Source: Octopus sinensis (lineage: Eukaryota). Taken from it: 64,000 nt of DNA. Location of the stretch: NCBI RefSeq assembly GCF_006345805.1, contig NC_043015.1, positions 17,484,001 through 17,548,000 on the forward strand. Direction: 5' to 3'. Under the pieces are notes generated by a model, which saw nothing but the letters and a program-made list of their open reading frames with translations, had not been told where the DNA came from and did not search any database. Positions within the stretch are counted from its first letter, which is position 1; each line of letters begins with the position of its first letter. Below are positions 26,206 through 41,089 of the stretch, in pieces. The position numbers were made by a program, and so were the translations under genes.

Positions 26206-28898
26206 AAACTGACGTTCCTTGAGCTGTCTCCGCTTTTCTTCGCGAAGTTTAGTCCGCTCATCCTCAAAATGCTGCGTACCAGTTTTGACCATACTCCTCC
26301 ATGTAGTACGGTCTGTGGCCAGTGTTTCAAGTTCACCAGGGTGGATGTTGCAGAGCTTCAGGGATTTCTTGAGATGATCTTTATATCGCTTCTTTGGACC
26401 TCTGTGCGGTCGGTTACCCTCTGCTAACTCCCCCAAAAGGACAATCTTGGGTATACGGTTTTCCGGTATCCTGATAACATGCCCCACCCAGCGCAGTTGA
26501 CGTTCGAGGATTATGCATTCGATGCCGGTCAATTTCGCTCGTCTCAAGATCTCCGTATGTGGGATCTTGTCCTTCCAAGTCAGATGAAGAATGCGCTGGA
26601 GGCAGCGTATATGAAAGGATTCGAGGAGTTTGACATGACGACGATAAAGTTTCCGGGTTTCTGAGGAATACAGAAGCATGGAAACCACAATAAACCCTGA
26701 TTTTCGTGGAGAGATTTAGATCACTATTAAGAAGACTCTATCCTTGAGACGTTCAAAAGCGGAGGAGGCAAGGTGGATGCGATTCTGAATTTCGTGGTCA
26801 ATGACCCCATTGCTTGAGATGATGCTACCCAAATAGGTGAATTTCTCAGTGCTCATTAGCTGGTTGTCTTGCATCGAAAGAATCACAGGAAGTGAACCAT
26901 TTTTGGAGTGTTGAAGGATCTCTGTTTTTTTTTGTGTTGACCTGGAGTCCAGCCCGACGATCTTCAGACGGCAACACTCTCTACAAGGAAAAGCCCCAGA
27001 TCCGTGACAGATGCTACCCAAATAGGTTCTCCTGAAGGCTGGCTGGTTCGTGGGCGAGAGCATTGCAGTCATCGGAATACTGTAATTCAAAGAGAGTGGT
27101 GGACTGAGTCGTTGTTAGTGAGTTTAGTCTCCTCAAGGTGAAGAGACTGCCATCAAGGCAATATCGAATTGGGATACCATCTTCGGGGTTGAGGTCGTAG
27201 CGAGATAGCAAGGTCATAGCCACAAGGAACACATTGAAGAGGATAGGGGCCAGAACACAGCCTTGTTTAACACCGACTTGAACGTTGAAGTAGTCAGACT
27301 GACCACCACCCAATGTCACACGTGTTTGCATGCCATCATAGAACTGGCGTAGCGTAGCAAGAAGTTCCGGAGGGCATCCATACCTCTGCAGGACATTCCA
27401 TAGTAGTGGGCGGTTAGTAGTATCAAAAGCCTTAGATAGATCAATGAAGGCAAACGAAGTATCACGCTGTTGTTCTCGGCACTTCTGTAACAGGGGGCGG
27501 GAGACGAAGACCATGTAGATAGTGCTACGGTTAGTTCTAAAACCGCATTGAGACGCTGGGAGGATTCCTTCAACGAAATGGCCAAGAAGTTGAGAGAGCA
27601 GGACGCGTGTCAAGATCTTTCCTGCAACATCCAGGAGTGAAATACCTCTGCTGTTGTTACAGTCTGAGCGATCTCCCTTCTTCTTGAAGATGGGTGATTA
27701 TATCTGCGTGTTTCCAGCGTTGAGGGATCAAGACACTTTTCCAACAGTAGAGGATAATCTAATGAAGACGCTGGACAAGAGTAGGACCACTATATTTATA
27801 GATTCCCCCTGACACACCATTTGACCCAGGTGATTTCTTGTTTTTTAAGTAGGAGAGAGCTGTACGAATTTCCATGAGCGAGGGTTCCGTATCCATCTCA
27901 GAGAAAGGAGGGAGATGAGGGAGTTCATCAATCAGTGTGGTGTCTGCAGGATTTATCTTGTTCAACAAGGAGTTGAAGTGTTCTGCCCCCCTGTCACAAA
28001 TAATCTGGGTCTTTTTCTTCTAGAGAGTGTTGCTGTCTGAAGATCGTATCGGATTGATATGATCGGGGGACGGACCGTACATGGATTTGGTTGCAGTGTA
28101 GATATCGTGGATTTTATTTTCATCTGCAAAACGTTGAGTCTCTGCAGCTTTGTTCTTCCACCAAGTGTTCTGAATCTGCTTAAGTCTGCTCTGGCATTCC
28201 GAGCAAAGATCATTCCAATTCTAGAGGTATGCGTTGGACCTGCTCAAGAGGTAGGCATCATGAGCTCAGTTTTTTACTTCTGAGAAGAGGGAGGATCTCA
28301 TCAGCAGATTCATGCAACTGAGGAGATCAGGGAGATACGTTTGTCCCATATATCATCTAGCTCCTCTTGGTTTACCGAGGTAGGATTGGGGAGTGGGAGA
28401 GTATCTAATTTGATGGCAAGCTGCTCTTGAAAGAGGCTACAATTCTCAGGATCATACAGTTTCGTATCATACAGAGAATCATAGAAGGCGTCTTTTATCT
28501 CTTTATCAGAGTCGAGAGTTGGTCCATAAACGCTGAGAATTGTCAGAAAACGTTTGTTCGAAAGTGGGATTTTGATTGTCATCAGGCACTCGCAGATACA
28601 GGAGGGTACTCTATGAATTTTCTGCAATAGTTTGTTCTTAATTGCGAAACCAGCCCCATGCAAACGGGGTATCCTTTCCAGAAGATGTATCCACCAGCTT
28701 CTTCAGTCAGGGAACCCTCATCGAAGAAACTAGTCTCACTGAGTGCAGCAATGTCGACATTGAAGCACTTGAGTTCGATGGCTACAATAGCAGTGCGCCG
28801 CGGGGGTCATCGAGTGTCCGGCTCATCATGTGAAACATCATCAAAGATGGTGCGAACATTCTAACATGCAACACTAAAGGGAGCGTGTATGACCGAGG
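26206..28898 (-). mobile_element. RTE-clade LINE (APE + RT), decayed, nested in the PLE and lacking its 3' tail
   Basis: NVRT, DIAALSET, GAGFAIKN, SQCGFR, AFIDLSKAFD, GVKQGCVLAP, LQYSDD, FTYLGS, LRWVGHVIR. Confidence 0.95.
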
Positions 28899-29063
28899 CC
28901 ATTATTTATGAAGCCGCCGTAAATTCTACAGTTTCATCAAAGATATATGTGGGTCTCAGAGAAAAATTACAATACAAGGTTCAACAATCACAACTTAAGC
29001 TTCAGACACTGGAATAAACGAAAAACTACCAGAAACTAGACAGAAACTTAAAGAAATCAATCG

Positions 29064-29131
<68 letters not shown>

Positions 29132-29394
29132 ATAGGGCTTAGTAAAATAAATTACTTTGCCACATACTGAACTTAGTAGAAATAGCAGCCAAAAAAAAAA
29201 ATTTTCTTAGCATTTCTACTACTTAAAGAAAATTTCTCTCAGATTTTACTAAGCCCTAATTATATAATGTAATATTTTGAATTCGCCTTAAATGGTCCTT
29301 TTACATACTGAACACTTGGTGAAATTGATTAATTAATTAATTTTACCTTCAATTGTTGATATATATACTTTATTTAAAGCAGCAGAAAATTCAA

Positions 29395-29444
29395 CAAAAT
29401 CTGTTACTCTGAGTTTCTCGTTGCCGTTCATCAGACAGTTTTTG
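29395..29444 (-). ncRNA. Type I hammerhead ribozyme with canonical core
   Basis: CAAAAACUGU CUGAUGA A CG-GCAA-CG A GAA ACUC-A-GAGU A ACAGAUUUUG: 9 of 10 stem I pairs, GUA cleavage triplet, self-complementary stem III. Confidence 0.75.
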
Positions 29445-30522
29445 CTAGAATGGAACCGATATATCAATTCAATCTAGACTCTTACAAACGCTACACCTTT
29501 AAAAAGAAATGGACTTGTTTGATTGGCCCTTTAGAAAAAACGGTCAATCTTCGAGCGATAAACAAAAAGGTCAAAAATATATGTATATATATATAAAAAC
29601 TTATAAAAATTATAAAATTCGAGGAAAAAACCTTACATTGAATAAAATACATATTGACATTAATGAAGAAAGTATAATTAAAGCTTAGAAATTAAATCTA
29701 TTATAAATATTACACTGCAATACATATTTATGTTAACGTGTACATATATATATCAACATACACAGAAGGATGCGTGCCAACGCCATACATATACAGACGT
29801 ATAAATATAAATCTGAAATATACACATAAATGCATGCGTACATATATTTACGCAATCCGTCTCGCACGCAATTTAAAATCATCTATGTAGCGATTCTCAT
29901 ATACTGAGTAAGGGGGGGACGAAAGAAAGGAAGAGAGAGAAAAAGGAACGAAGAAGGGGGAAGGAAAAAAGAAAAAGAAAAAGGAGGGGTGGGGAAAAAA
30001 ACGAAATAAGAAAAAAGAAAAATTATGTATACAAGCTATGTGACGGCATTATTGACATGTATGGAGACATGTATACAAATACACAAGCTCGAATGGATGC
30101 ATACACATACAGTCGTGTATATGTGTGCTTAAGCACAAACATACGTCCACTTACACATACACAGATACGCATGCTTACAAATACATATCCATGGCTATAC
30201 ACATATATAAAAATTCTAATTTTTGACAACATTGCTTTTTTTTAAAGAAATGGGTGCAATAATAAAAAATATATACGAAAGATATATAAAAATAAAATAT
30301 AACACCCTATTTTGGATCATCTATAAAAAATCAAGGTAATCCTATACCATATAATAATTTGAAATAAACAAATTCGAAGGTTTTTCCTAATGTATATGTC
30401 GAAACATAAGACTTTGCTATACGGATTAAAATCTGTATAACGCGGAACAAAATCCATCGTAGCGCTCACAGCTCAAGAGCCAAAATCAAAATTTCAAAAA
30501 TCAAAAATACAAAATATATACT

Positions 30523-32918
<2,396 letters not shown>

Positions 32919-33154
32919 ATATTTAAGTGTATGAGTGTGACTTTGTTTTTGTGTTTCACCATCATCACTGCTTCACAACTGCTGTCCGTTTATTTACATC
33001 CCCGTAACTTACTGGTTTCACAAGAAGAAACTAATAGAATAAGTACCAGGCTTATCAACATAAAAAGCACTAGGCTGTGTCTCATATTTTTTTTTGCCCA
33101 CTCAGTTGTATCTATCAATTTATCTTTGTGTGTGTGTATATATATATATAATAA

Positions 33155-33255
<101 letters not shown>

Positions 33256-33270
33256 ATGTGTACATTCATG

Positions 33271-34852
33271 TTTATTATATCAAAGACAATGTCTTTATGT
33301 GTTCGTGTATTACTTATACATGCGAAAACTGCTGCACCGATCATAATGAAATTTGGAACACAAAATCGAAGCCTAGGGAGAAGGGTAATGCTGTGTGTTT
33401 CATCGACCAAAATTACTGATTGTATCCTTATGATATTTGAAATTTAGATTCAATGCATAGGGGCGCGTATAATGCAATATGTTTGGTTTGAATTTCAGAT
33501 GACTTAAAGGGGGCAAAACACCCCATGAAAATTCATAAATTTTCGATGTTGATGAAATTTCAACCATGGGTAATTGACACACATCAAGAAGTATACTCAA
33601 AGTTTCCACTTCATATGAGGATTCTAAGACACCCTAATGGGGGCCTTAACTCCCAAATTTTAGTCATTTATGATCCAAAACTAAGTCAAAAGTACTGAAT
33701 GGATCTTTACGAAATTTGGAAATTATATTCTATGCATAAGGGCCACAACCCCCATGACAATTCATACATTTTTGCTGTTGATGAAATTTTAACCATAGAT
33801 ATAAATGAAGTAATATTTATAAAATTTCATCTTCTTACAAGTTAGAAAGACCCCGCCATGGGGACTTAACACCCACAATTTTGTCATTTTATCTAAGCAA
33901 AGACTCTTGGAAGCTGTGGGGTCATCCGAGCATAGAAGATGAGCATTATTTGTAATTCAATGGTACAACAGTGTAACAGTTTGCTTTTACATACACTTAG
34001 ATTGTGATTTCTGCAATGTGCTGCATAAATTGTCAAGTAAATGAGAGGCATCTTTGTCTCCACTGATTCAGTTGCAAAGTGTTGAGTAAAGTTATTTGAT
34101 TGTAGATTTCCTTTCAGTCTTTTTATTATCACTAGATCACACATAGTCCCCACATGGTAACATGAGTGACTGGTTATTCAAAGACATTTATAGATTGTAT
34201 ATTTATTCTGTCCAGTTACGTATCAGTTTAGTGGTCATTTGCAAACTCCAACTTTCATTTCTCCTTAGCCCTCACGTCACACAGTTGTTAATGTTTATTT
34301 CAGTTAGGTCACGCCCTTTCAATTGCTATAGATTCGTAATGCATCTTACGGCTGTGCCTGTCACCTGCATGGTGAGGAATACTACATTGGGAGTGGTAAC
34401 GAATAGGGTACTGTAGCTGACTGCTTATTGTGATCATTCGTCTTTTGGTTTCCTGTAGCTTTGCTCTCTTTTACAAACCTAGTGAACATATATTTCCTAT
34501 TTCAAAGAAATTCAAACAATAGATATAAGACCCAAGTCAAAAAGATTCTCAACAATTCAACTTCTCTGGTTGACATTAAGATAGAGCAGTTAACTCTCAC
34601 ATTTTAGAGCTCCATGACCTCCATTTTACAGGAGCAAAATCCTTTTAACAGGTTCAATAAGACTGGAATTTTGGAATATGCGCATAAAAATCAGTAGTAC
34701 GGGATACATGTGGCGCGATTACAATTTTGTTTGGGTGTGTAAGTTTGATGAAATTCGAAACATAGGTATTCCAGTTCATTACAGAAAATATAACAGAAAA
34801 GTCTAATTCATCAATTGTATGTAACTCGGGCCACGCCGGGTAACTCTGCTAG
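33271..34852 (+). mobile_element. Probable non-autonomous Helitron-like element
   Basis: The 3' end has a GC hairpin (CTCGGGCCACGCCGGG) followed by CTAG|T at 34849-34853. The 5' region resembles common Helitron leaders (..GCACCGATC..ATGAAATTTGG), and there is an internal repeat of about 229 bp (33521 vs 33750). The 5' TC is not clear. Confidence 0.55.
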
Positions 34853-34869
34853 TCCAGTTATAAATGATT

Positions 34870-35090
34870 CTTAAAAGAACAAGGTGTCAACTACAGGATT
34901 TACTGGAAGATCTTAGCCAAGTGTAAACCTTATAACAACGTAGTGGCAAGTGTGGTCTTTGTAATATGGAAAGATGGCTCATCTGGAAAAGTTCCTTGGC
35001 CCCGCTACATGTCTAAATTCAAGAACAGAATCTTTTGAATCTTGTCCATGTGACAAAATACCTGTTACGGTTTTGGGCCCTTCAAGATTA
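34870..35090 (+). mobile_element. Neptune-like PLE endonuclease C-terminal fragment
   Basis: LKEQGVNYRIYWKILAKCKPY...GKCGLCNMERWLI...CLNSRTE. Confidence 0.7.
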
Positions 35091-35350
35091 CGGCTATAAT
35101 CCACATTTTTACTATGTTCCTGCACAAGCTTCCCTTTTGTCTTAACTTCCATTCATTTTTATTCTTTATTTTTTATATATATTTTTCATTTTTTCTTTTA
35201 AATTGTAGTAATGTGCACATGTGTGTATATGAGTGTAAGACTGTGTCCGGTGCATATGTGCGAGTTTCATGGACACAGCCCTTCATGTATACGGATATAC
35301 ATGTTTGTATAAGTGCGGGTGTAGGTGTGTAATAAGAGCGTGCATATGTA

Positions 35351-35425
<75 letters not shown>

Positions 35426-35623
35426 AGAAGGTTTGGAAATGATGTACGGGTATTTTATATTAGAAGAAATGAGGTACTCAGAAATTCGGATGGTTTTATA
35501 TTTACAGATATTTATTTGTATATTACATGTTTTTATACATCATATAACTTATATCATATATATATAGCGCTTTCGTCCATTCTGGTGGATTTTTCAAATT
35601 GGACTATATATATATGTGTGTGT

Positions 35624-35773
<150 letters not shown>

Positions 35774-35836
35774 TATATGTATATATACATATATATATAT
35801 GTATATATACATATACATATATATATGTATATGTAC

Positions 35837-35877
<41 letters not shown>

Positions 35878-35884
35878 TATATTT

Positions 35885-38800
35885 TTTGCTTGTTTCTGCT
35901 TAGACCTGCGGCCATGCTGATGCACCGCCGTTTTGTGCTACACTGTTATTACGAAGAACCTCCTCTAATATGTGGCACTTGGTTAAGAATGGAGTTTGAC
36001 ATAGCTACTCTCATTTGCACCTCTTGCCGTGAGGTAGGTTCATCTGGGACTCTCGACAGGAAGATGTCCAGCTTTGATTTAAAAACTGCTACATCTACTT
36101 TGAGCAAGTTCCTCAGACTCTTTGGGAGAATGTTAAAATCCTGTGGGCCCTTGAAACCCAGGCTGTTGCAGAAGCTGGTCCTGAAGGTGGTGGCATTGCT
36201 GGGATCTTTGGCACTATGCAGTGTCGTCCCGTTCTAGCATTGGTGTAGCTTACAATGCCAAAATTTGGCACAATTCCTTCCAGGATCTTCCAGACATATA
36301 TTACTGCATACCTCTCCCGTCTTCTCTCTAGGGAGTAGAGTCTTAGCTGTTTCAACCTTTCCCAGTAGCTGAGCTGTTGCAAAGAGACGATCTTCTTTGT
36401 GAATCTTCTCTGGATTGCTTCTAGGTCCGCTGTTAATTTTACACTGGTGGGTGACCATAGCTGAGAGCAGTAATCCAGGCGGCTGAGGACGAATGTCCGC
36501 CAGAGGACCATCATGGTTTCCTTATCTCTGGTTCTGAATGTTCTTAGGATCCACCCAGCCAGTTGTCTGCACTTTGTCGCCATCCTGGTAATGTGCACTT
36601 GGAAAGAGGTATCATCACTCATGTCGATACCCAGGTCCCTCACAGACTTAGGCTCTGGGATTGAAATTCCCTGTTGACCGGTGTATCCTGTAAGTTTAAT
36701 ATTTAGTTTTGGATGCTGGTAGCGCAGGGCCTGGAATTTTTCAGCATTGAACTGCATATTATTATCCTCAGCCCATCTGTAGATTGAGTCCAACTCCTGC
36801 TGCAGGTGTGCAACATCGCTGGGGTTTTGCATTTTCTGCGAGACTTTCGTATCGTATGCATAGCTGGCCAGAGTGGTTATCCGGGCATTTGAGGGCATAT
36901 CTGAGAGGGCCACTATAAAAAGTAGTGTTCCCAAGACAGTGCCCTGTGGAACACCGCTCACTATTTGTGTGTTCATAGAGGTGGCTCCATTAACCACTAC
37001 TGCCTGACTCCTATCTTTCAGGAAGTCATGTAACCACACTCCAAGTTTTCCAGCTATGCCGAGGTCACGCAGTTTGTGGTATATCATACCATGATCCACC
37101 TTGTCAAAAGCTTTTGCAAAATCAAGGTAGATTACGTTCACATTTGATTTGTTGAGTAACAACACCCAGTCATAATGTTGTAAGAGCTGGGTCAGGCAGC
37201 TCCTACCTGGTCGAAAACCATGCTGGGTATCACTCAGCAAGTTATTTTCCTCAAGGCATGCGATTAGTTTCTTTCTGACTATCCGTTCCGTGACTTTGCT
37301 GATGTGTGAAGTCAGAGAGATAGGCCTATAGTTTTTGGCATCTGCTCTACTTCCCCCTTGAGGGATTTTGCCAGGGCATGCTTACACGCTTTGAGGAGGA
37401 TTGCTGGGAAACCATCTGGGCCAGCAGTTGAGTTTGTGTCCACTTCATCTTTGGCTAGTAGGACATCTTCTTCGCTAATGTCAATACATTCTATTGTAAC
37501 CGCTTCGCTGGTTATAGGTGAGGCTGCAAAGAAGTCCACTGGTTCGTTCACTTGTCTGTGTTCCAATGGGGTGGTAAAGACACTTTTGAACTGGTCATTC
37601 AGCATCTCACTGATCTTAGTTGAACTGTCTGTGAAGGAGCCATCCTTTTGGAGGAGGGGTCCTATCTTGTAGAGCACTGAGACTGTTTCTTTCGCGTAAT
37701 GAAAGAAGGCCTTTGGGCTTGATTTAATGTTTTTATAACCCAGGCTTCTTTGTCTGCTTTCTCCCTCACATAGGATTGTTGCAGCCTTTTTTCGATCTCC
37801 ATCAGTGTCGTTTTTAGGTGGGACGTTTCGCTACTTTTGGGATGTTGGTTGAGACGATTTGCAACCTTCGTCCGTCGTCTCATGAGGATCTCCCTGTCTC
37901 TTGGAATCTTGCTCCTATTTGTTTTGGCCTTGTGCTCTGGGACATATTTCTGGCATACGGCTTGCACAGAAGACATGAAACATTTTAGTTTCATGTCAAT
38001 GTCTGGTGTGGAGAGACATTCCGGCCAGTCCTCTCTGAGGATCTCTTTTTGGATCGATTTCCAATCTGCTTTGTGGAAGTTCAGATTGGAGAGATTTTGG
38101 GTGCTTCCTTTTGGCTGTATGTCTCTGGTTACTTTTGGCTCAAACATAGACAGCTCTATTATATTGTGATCCGAAACTAAAGTCGGTGTCACTTTAACAT
38201 CATGAATGATGTCCATATTGTTCGTGAAGCAGAGATCCAGAATGTTATTCGCCCTAGTTGGTTTGAGTACAACTTGCTCCATGAATAAGGCGTTGGTGAA
38301 GTTGAGCAGGGACTCCATCTGTACTTGCTTGCAATGATTCATTCCTGAGAGTATGAGACCTTCAGGCCATTTGATGTTGGAGAAGTTGAAATCACCCATA
38401 AGAAATATGGTCACGTGGTGTTCCAGATTCATGAGGATTTCTTTAATTCTTGTGAGGCAATCTTCAAACTTGCCTATGTGATTTGGGGCATCCGGTGGGC
38501 AATATGTATTGCATATGACTATATTATGTTGTCTTATGTATACAATTAGAGTGTCACATACCGAATTTGAGTATGTCATTAAGACCTGGTGTGTAAGGTC
38601 ATCTCGGATGTATACAGCAACTCCACCATGGCTCATTTCCCTTCTGTCTGTTCGCAGTATGGCATAGTTTGGTATGTGTACTTCTGCGTCCTCTATATCA
38701 GGGTTGAGGTGAGTTTCTACAAGTGCTATGCATAGGGCTTGATTGCATGCAGTAAGATCTCTCAGGAAAGAACTTTTGTTTCTATTTTGATGCAACAGGC

Positions 38801-39598
38801 CCCCAATATTTAGTAAAAGTATTGGAGTGACGGCTGTGCAGGCGTTAGGCGAGGCCATCCCGTGTCTGTTGACTGTGGTGGTCTTGCATAGTGGTAGGCA
38901 GGGTTCCTTCTCTGTGCTTGGTGTAGCCAGGTTAGCTGCCGGACAATTCTTTGCGCCATGCATAAAAAAGACTCTTGCTCAGCTGCTGCGTTGCGCAGAA
39001 CATCTGAGGAGCGCACTTCGTTTTTGAAAGTTTTCCTGGGAGACATTTCTTATGTTCCCTCAGTAGAGCTCTTCTCTTTGAGTCCCCTGAAGTTCTGGCG
39101 TGGTGTCGGATGGGCGAACCGGCGGTTTTTGCCGTCCTCACCATGCCAACATTTGCCCCGGAAGTAGAATTTACGGGTTCTTCGGTGCCTTCCAGATTTC
39201 TTCTTTCCTGAAGTGTACTGGGTGGCATTGGATGCTCCATGGGGTTCTCTGCTATTTGTGTGGTGGGTTGGGGTTTCAGTTTTGGTTGTTTTGCCTTTTC
39301 CTCCTTTCCCCCCCCCCTTATTTTTGTTTTCGGTCCTTCCTTTTTTCTTCTGTTTTTCTAATTTTTCATTTCTTTGTAGGTCCACTGGTACAGGGGGGCT
39401 TCCGGTTTCTGCTCCCTTAGCTCCCCTATCCTTCACTACCTGGTCGTTCACCGGGGTAGGTGATCCATTTTCCTGAGGAACCCCTGGATCACAGAGACTT
39501 CCGACTTCCTTCTCTTTTTCGTCCTCTTCATCCTCATCAGCCTTGCCAGAATAATTTTCAATTATGTTATCCAGTGTTTTGATGTGTGGTTTATAAGC
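35885..39598 (-). mobile_element. CR1/Jockey-group LINE: ORF1 relic (CCCH-like fingers) plus APE-RT ORF2, frameshifted
   Basis: APE motifs IALVETHL, RTDR..HGGVAVY and GDFN; RT motifs QHGFRPGRSC, YLDFAKAFDKV, GVPQGTVLG and YAYD (mutated YADD); C-terminal YSLERRRERY and PDEP. Confidence 0.9.
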
Positions 39599-39746
<148 letters not shown>

Positions 39747-39849
39747 GAAAAAAGCAACAAGAATGGATTAGTTGTTCAGTACAATTGTTTCATACAAAGA
39801 ACATGTTTATTTAAAACTGCAAATATTGCAGTAAATACAAGTGTCCCGT

Positions 39850-40310
39850 ATTCATCAGCCAAAACACATATGAATTTTCCAAACATCCTAGAGAGTGAGG
39901 CTACACTCATGAAGTATCGAAGAGAGTTCTATGAAAAGCAAAGTTAGGTTGTAAGCATACTTAAAATGTTTTCTAATGATGCACAGTTTTATAAAAGGTT
40001 TTTAAAAAGATTGTTAGCTTCTCAGAAAAGGTAAATCCATCCATAATAATGCAGGTGCAATTTCCGGAGATATGAGGAAAGATTTTATTCACAGAGAAGA
40101 TGAATATATCCATAATAATGCAGATGTAATTTCCTGATATATGAGGAAAAGATGTTGTTCACACATCTATTCATTTCACAAACTAAGTTGTTGAAAGAAG
40201 AGATTGGCTCTAGTGGCTAAAAGAAGTCGCAAAAGAAGTCAGTGAAGCAGAAGCCGCCCAAATAAGGACATTATGGGAGGGAGGGGTAGGGGAATAAGAC
40301 GGCGTAAGTA
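39850..40310 (-). mobile_element. Very decayed I/Nimb-like LINE fragment (RT C-terminus to RNase H) with an internal duplication of about 70 bp
   Basis: LRLLLATRA..NLVCE, SY(I/L)RKLHLHYY twice, and LVFTA resembling RNase H SVFTAE. Confidence 0.35.
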
Positions 40311-41089
40311 CACTAACTACAAAGGTTAGTTTATTTCTGTGGTGACAGAAAATCTGGGTCAGTGTTGCAGGAATTAAGATTTATAAGGGGACATTATTTT
40401 TGACCAGCAAACAGCTATTAACTGCCACTCCTACAGGACACAGAATATAAAGAGATCAAAGGAAAGAGTTAAAGGGGTCAAAAGCTATCAGTAGAGGAAG
40501 ATACAATAAGAAATTTAAGGGCAACACTAGAACAGAAGGTCATTTATTTATTATTGTTTCTATTTTTACTAATGTTTATATATTGTAAGACAGAATTTAG
40601 GTCAAAACCTAGAGGTCAGATAATTTCTATAGTAAATGGTGTGAAAGTTTTGCTTATTCAAAATATAGTGAAAATTCTTTATATTATTATTAAGGGAGTG
40701 GTATACCTATTAAATTTAGAATAGATTAGGAAGTATTAGCAATTTATTTAATTTAGGTTAGGTTAATTAAATTGACTATAAAGTCAATTACAACTTGGCA
40801 TCGTACGAATACTATTTGTTTTTTTTGTGTTTTAAACAGGTACAGTTAGAAAGAAAGAACACCAGTGAAAGAGCTCACAGATTTCTATTTAAAATATATT
40901 AGAGTTTTGCTTTTTTTAGTAAATACAATATAGACCTAACTCTATACTGTTATTCTATACGATTTTTATTTAAAATATTTAAGAGTCTTGATTTTTGAGT
41001 GAATACAAGATGGACCTAATTCAATACGGTTATTTAATATTTTTTTCTATGCTTTAAAATTTCATATGTCTCCATGGAGCAGAGTTGGC

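Noticed and set aside
40040-40160. LRR-like repeat (RKLHLHYY twice)
   Set aside because: It contains stops and a frameshift, and flanking motifs fit a decayed LINE with a local duplication better.
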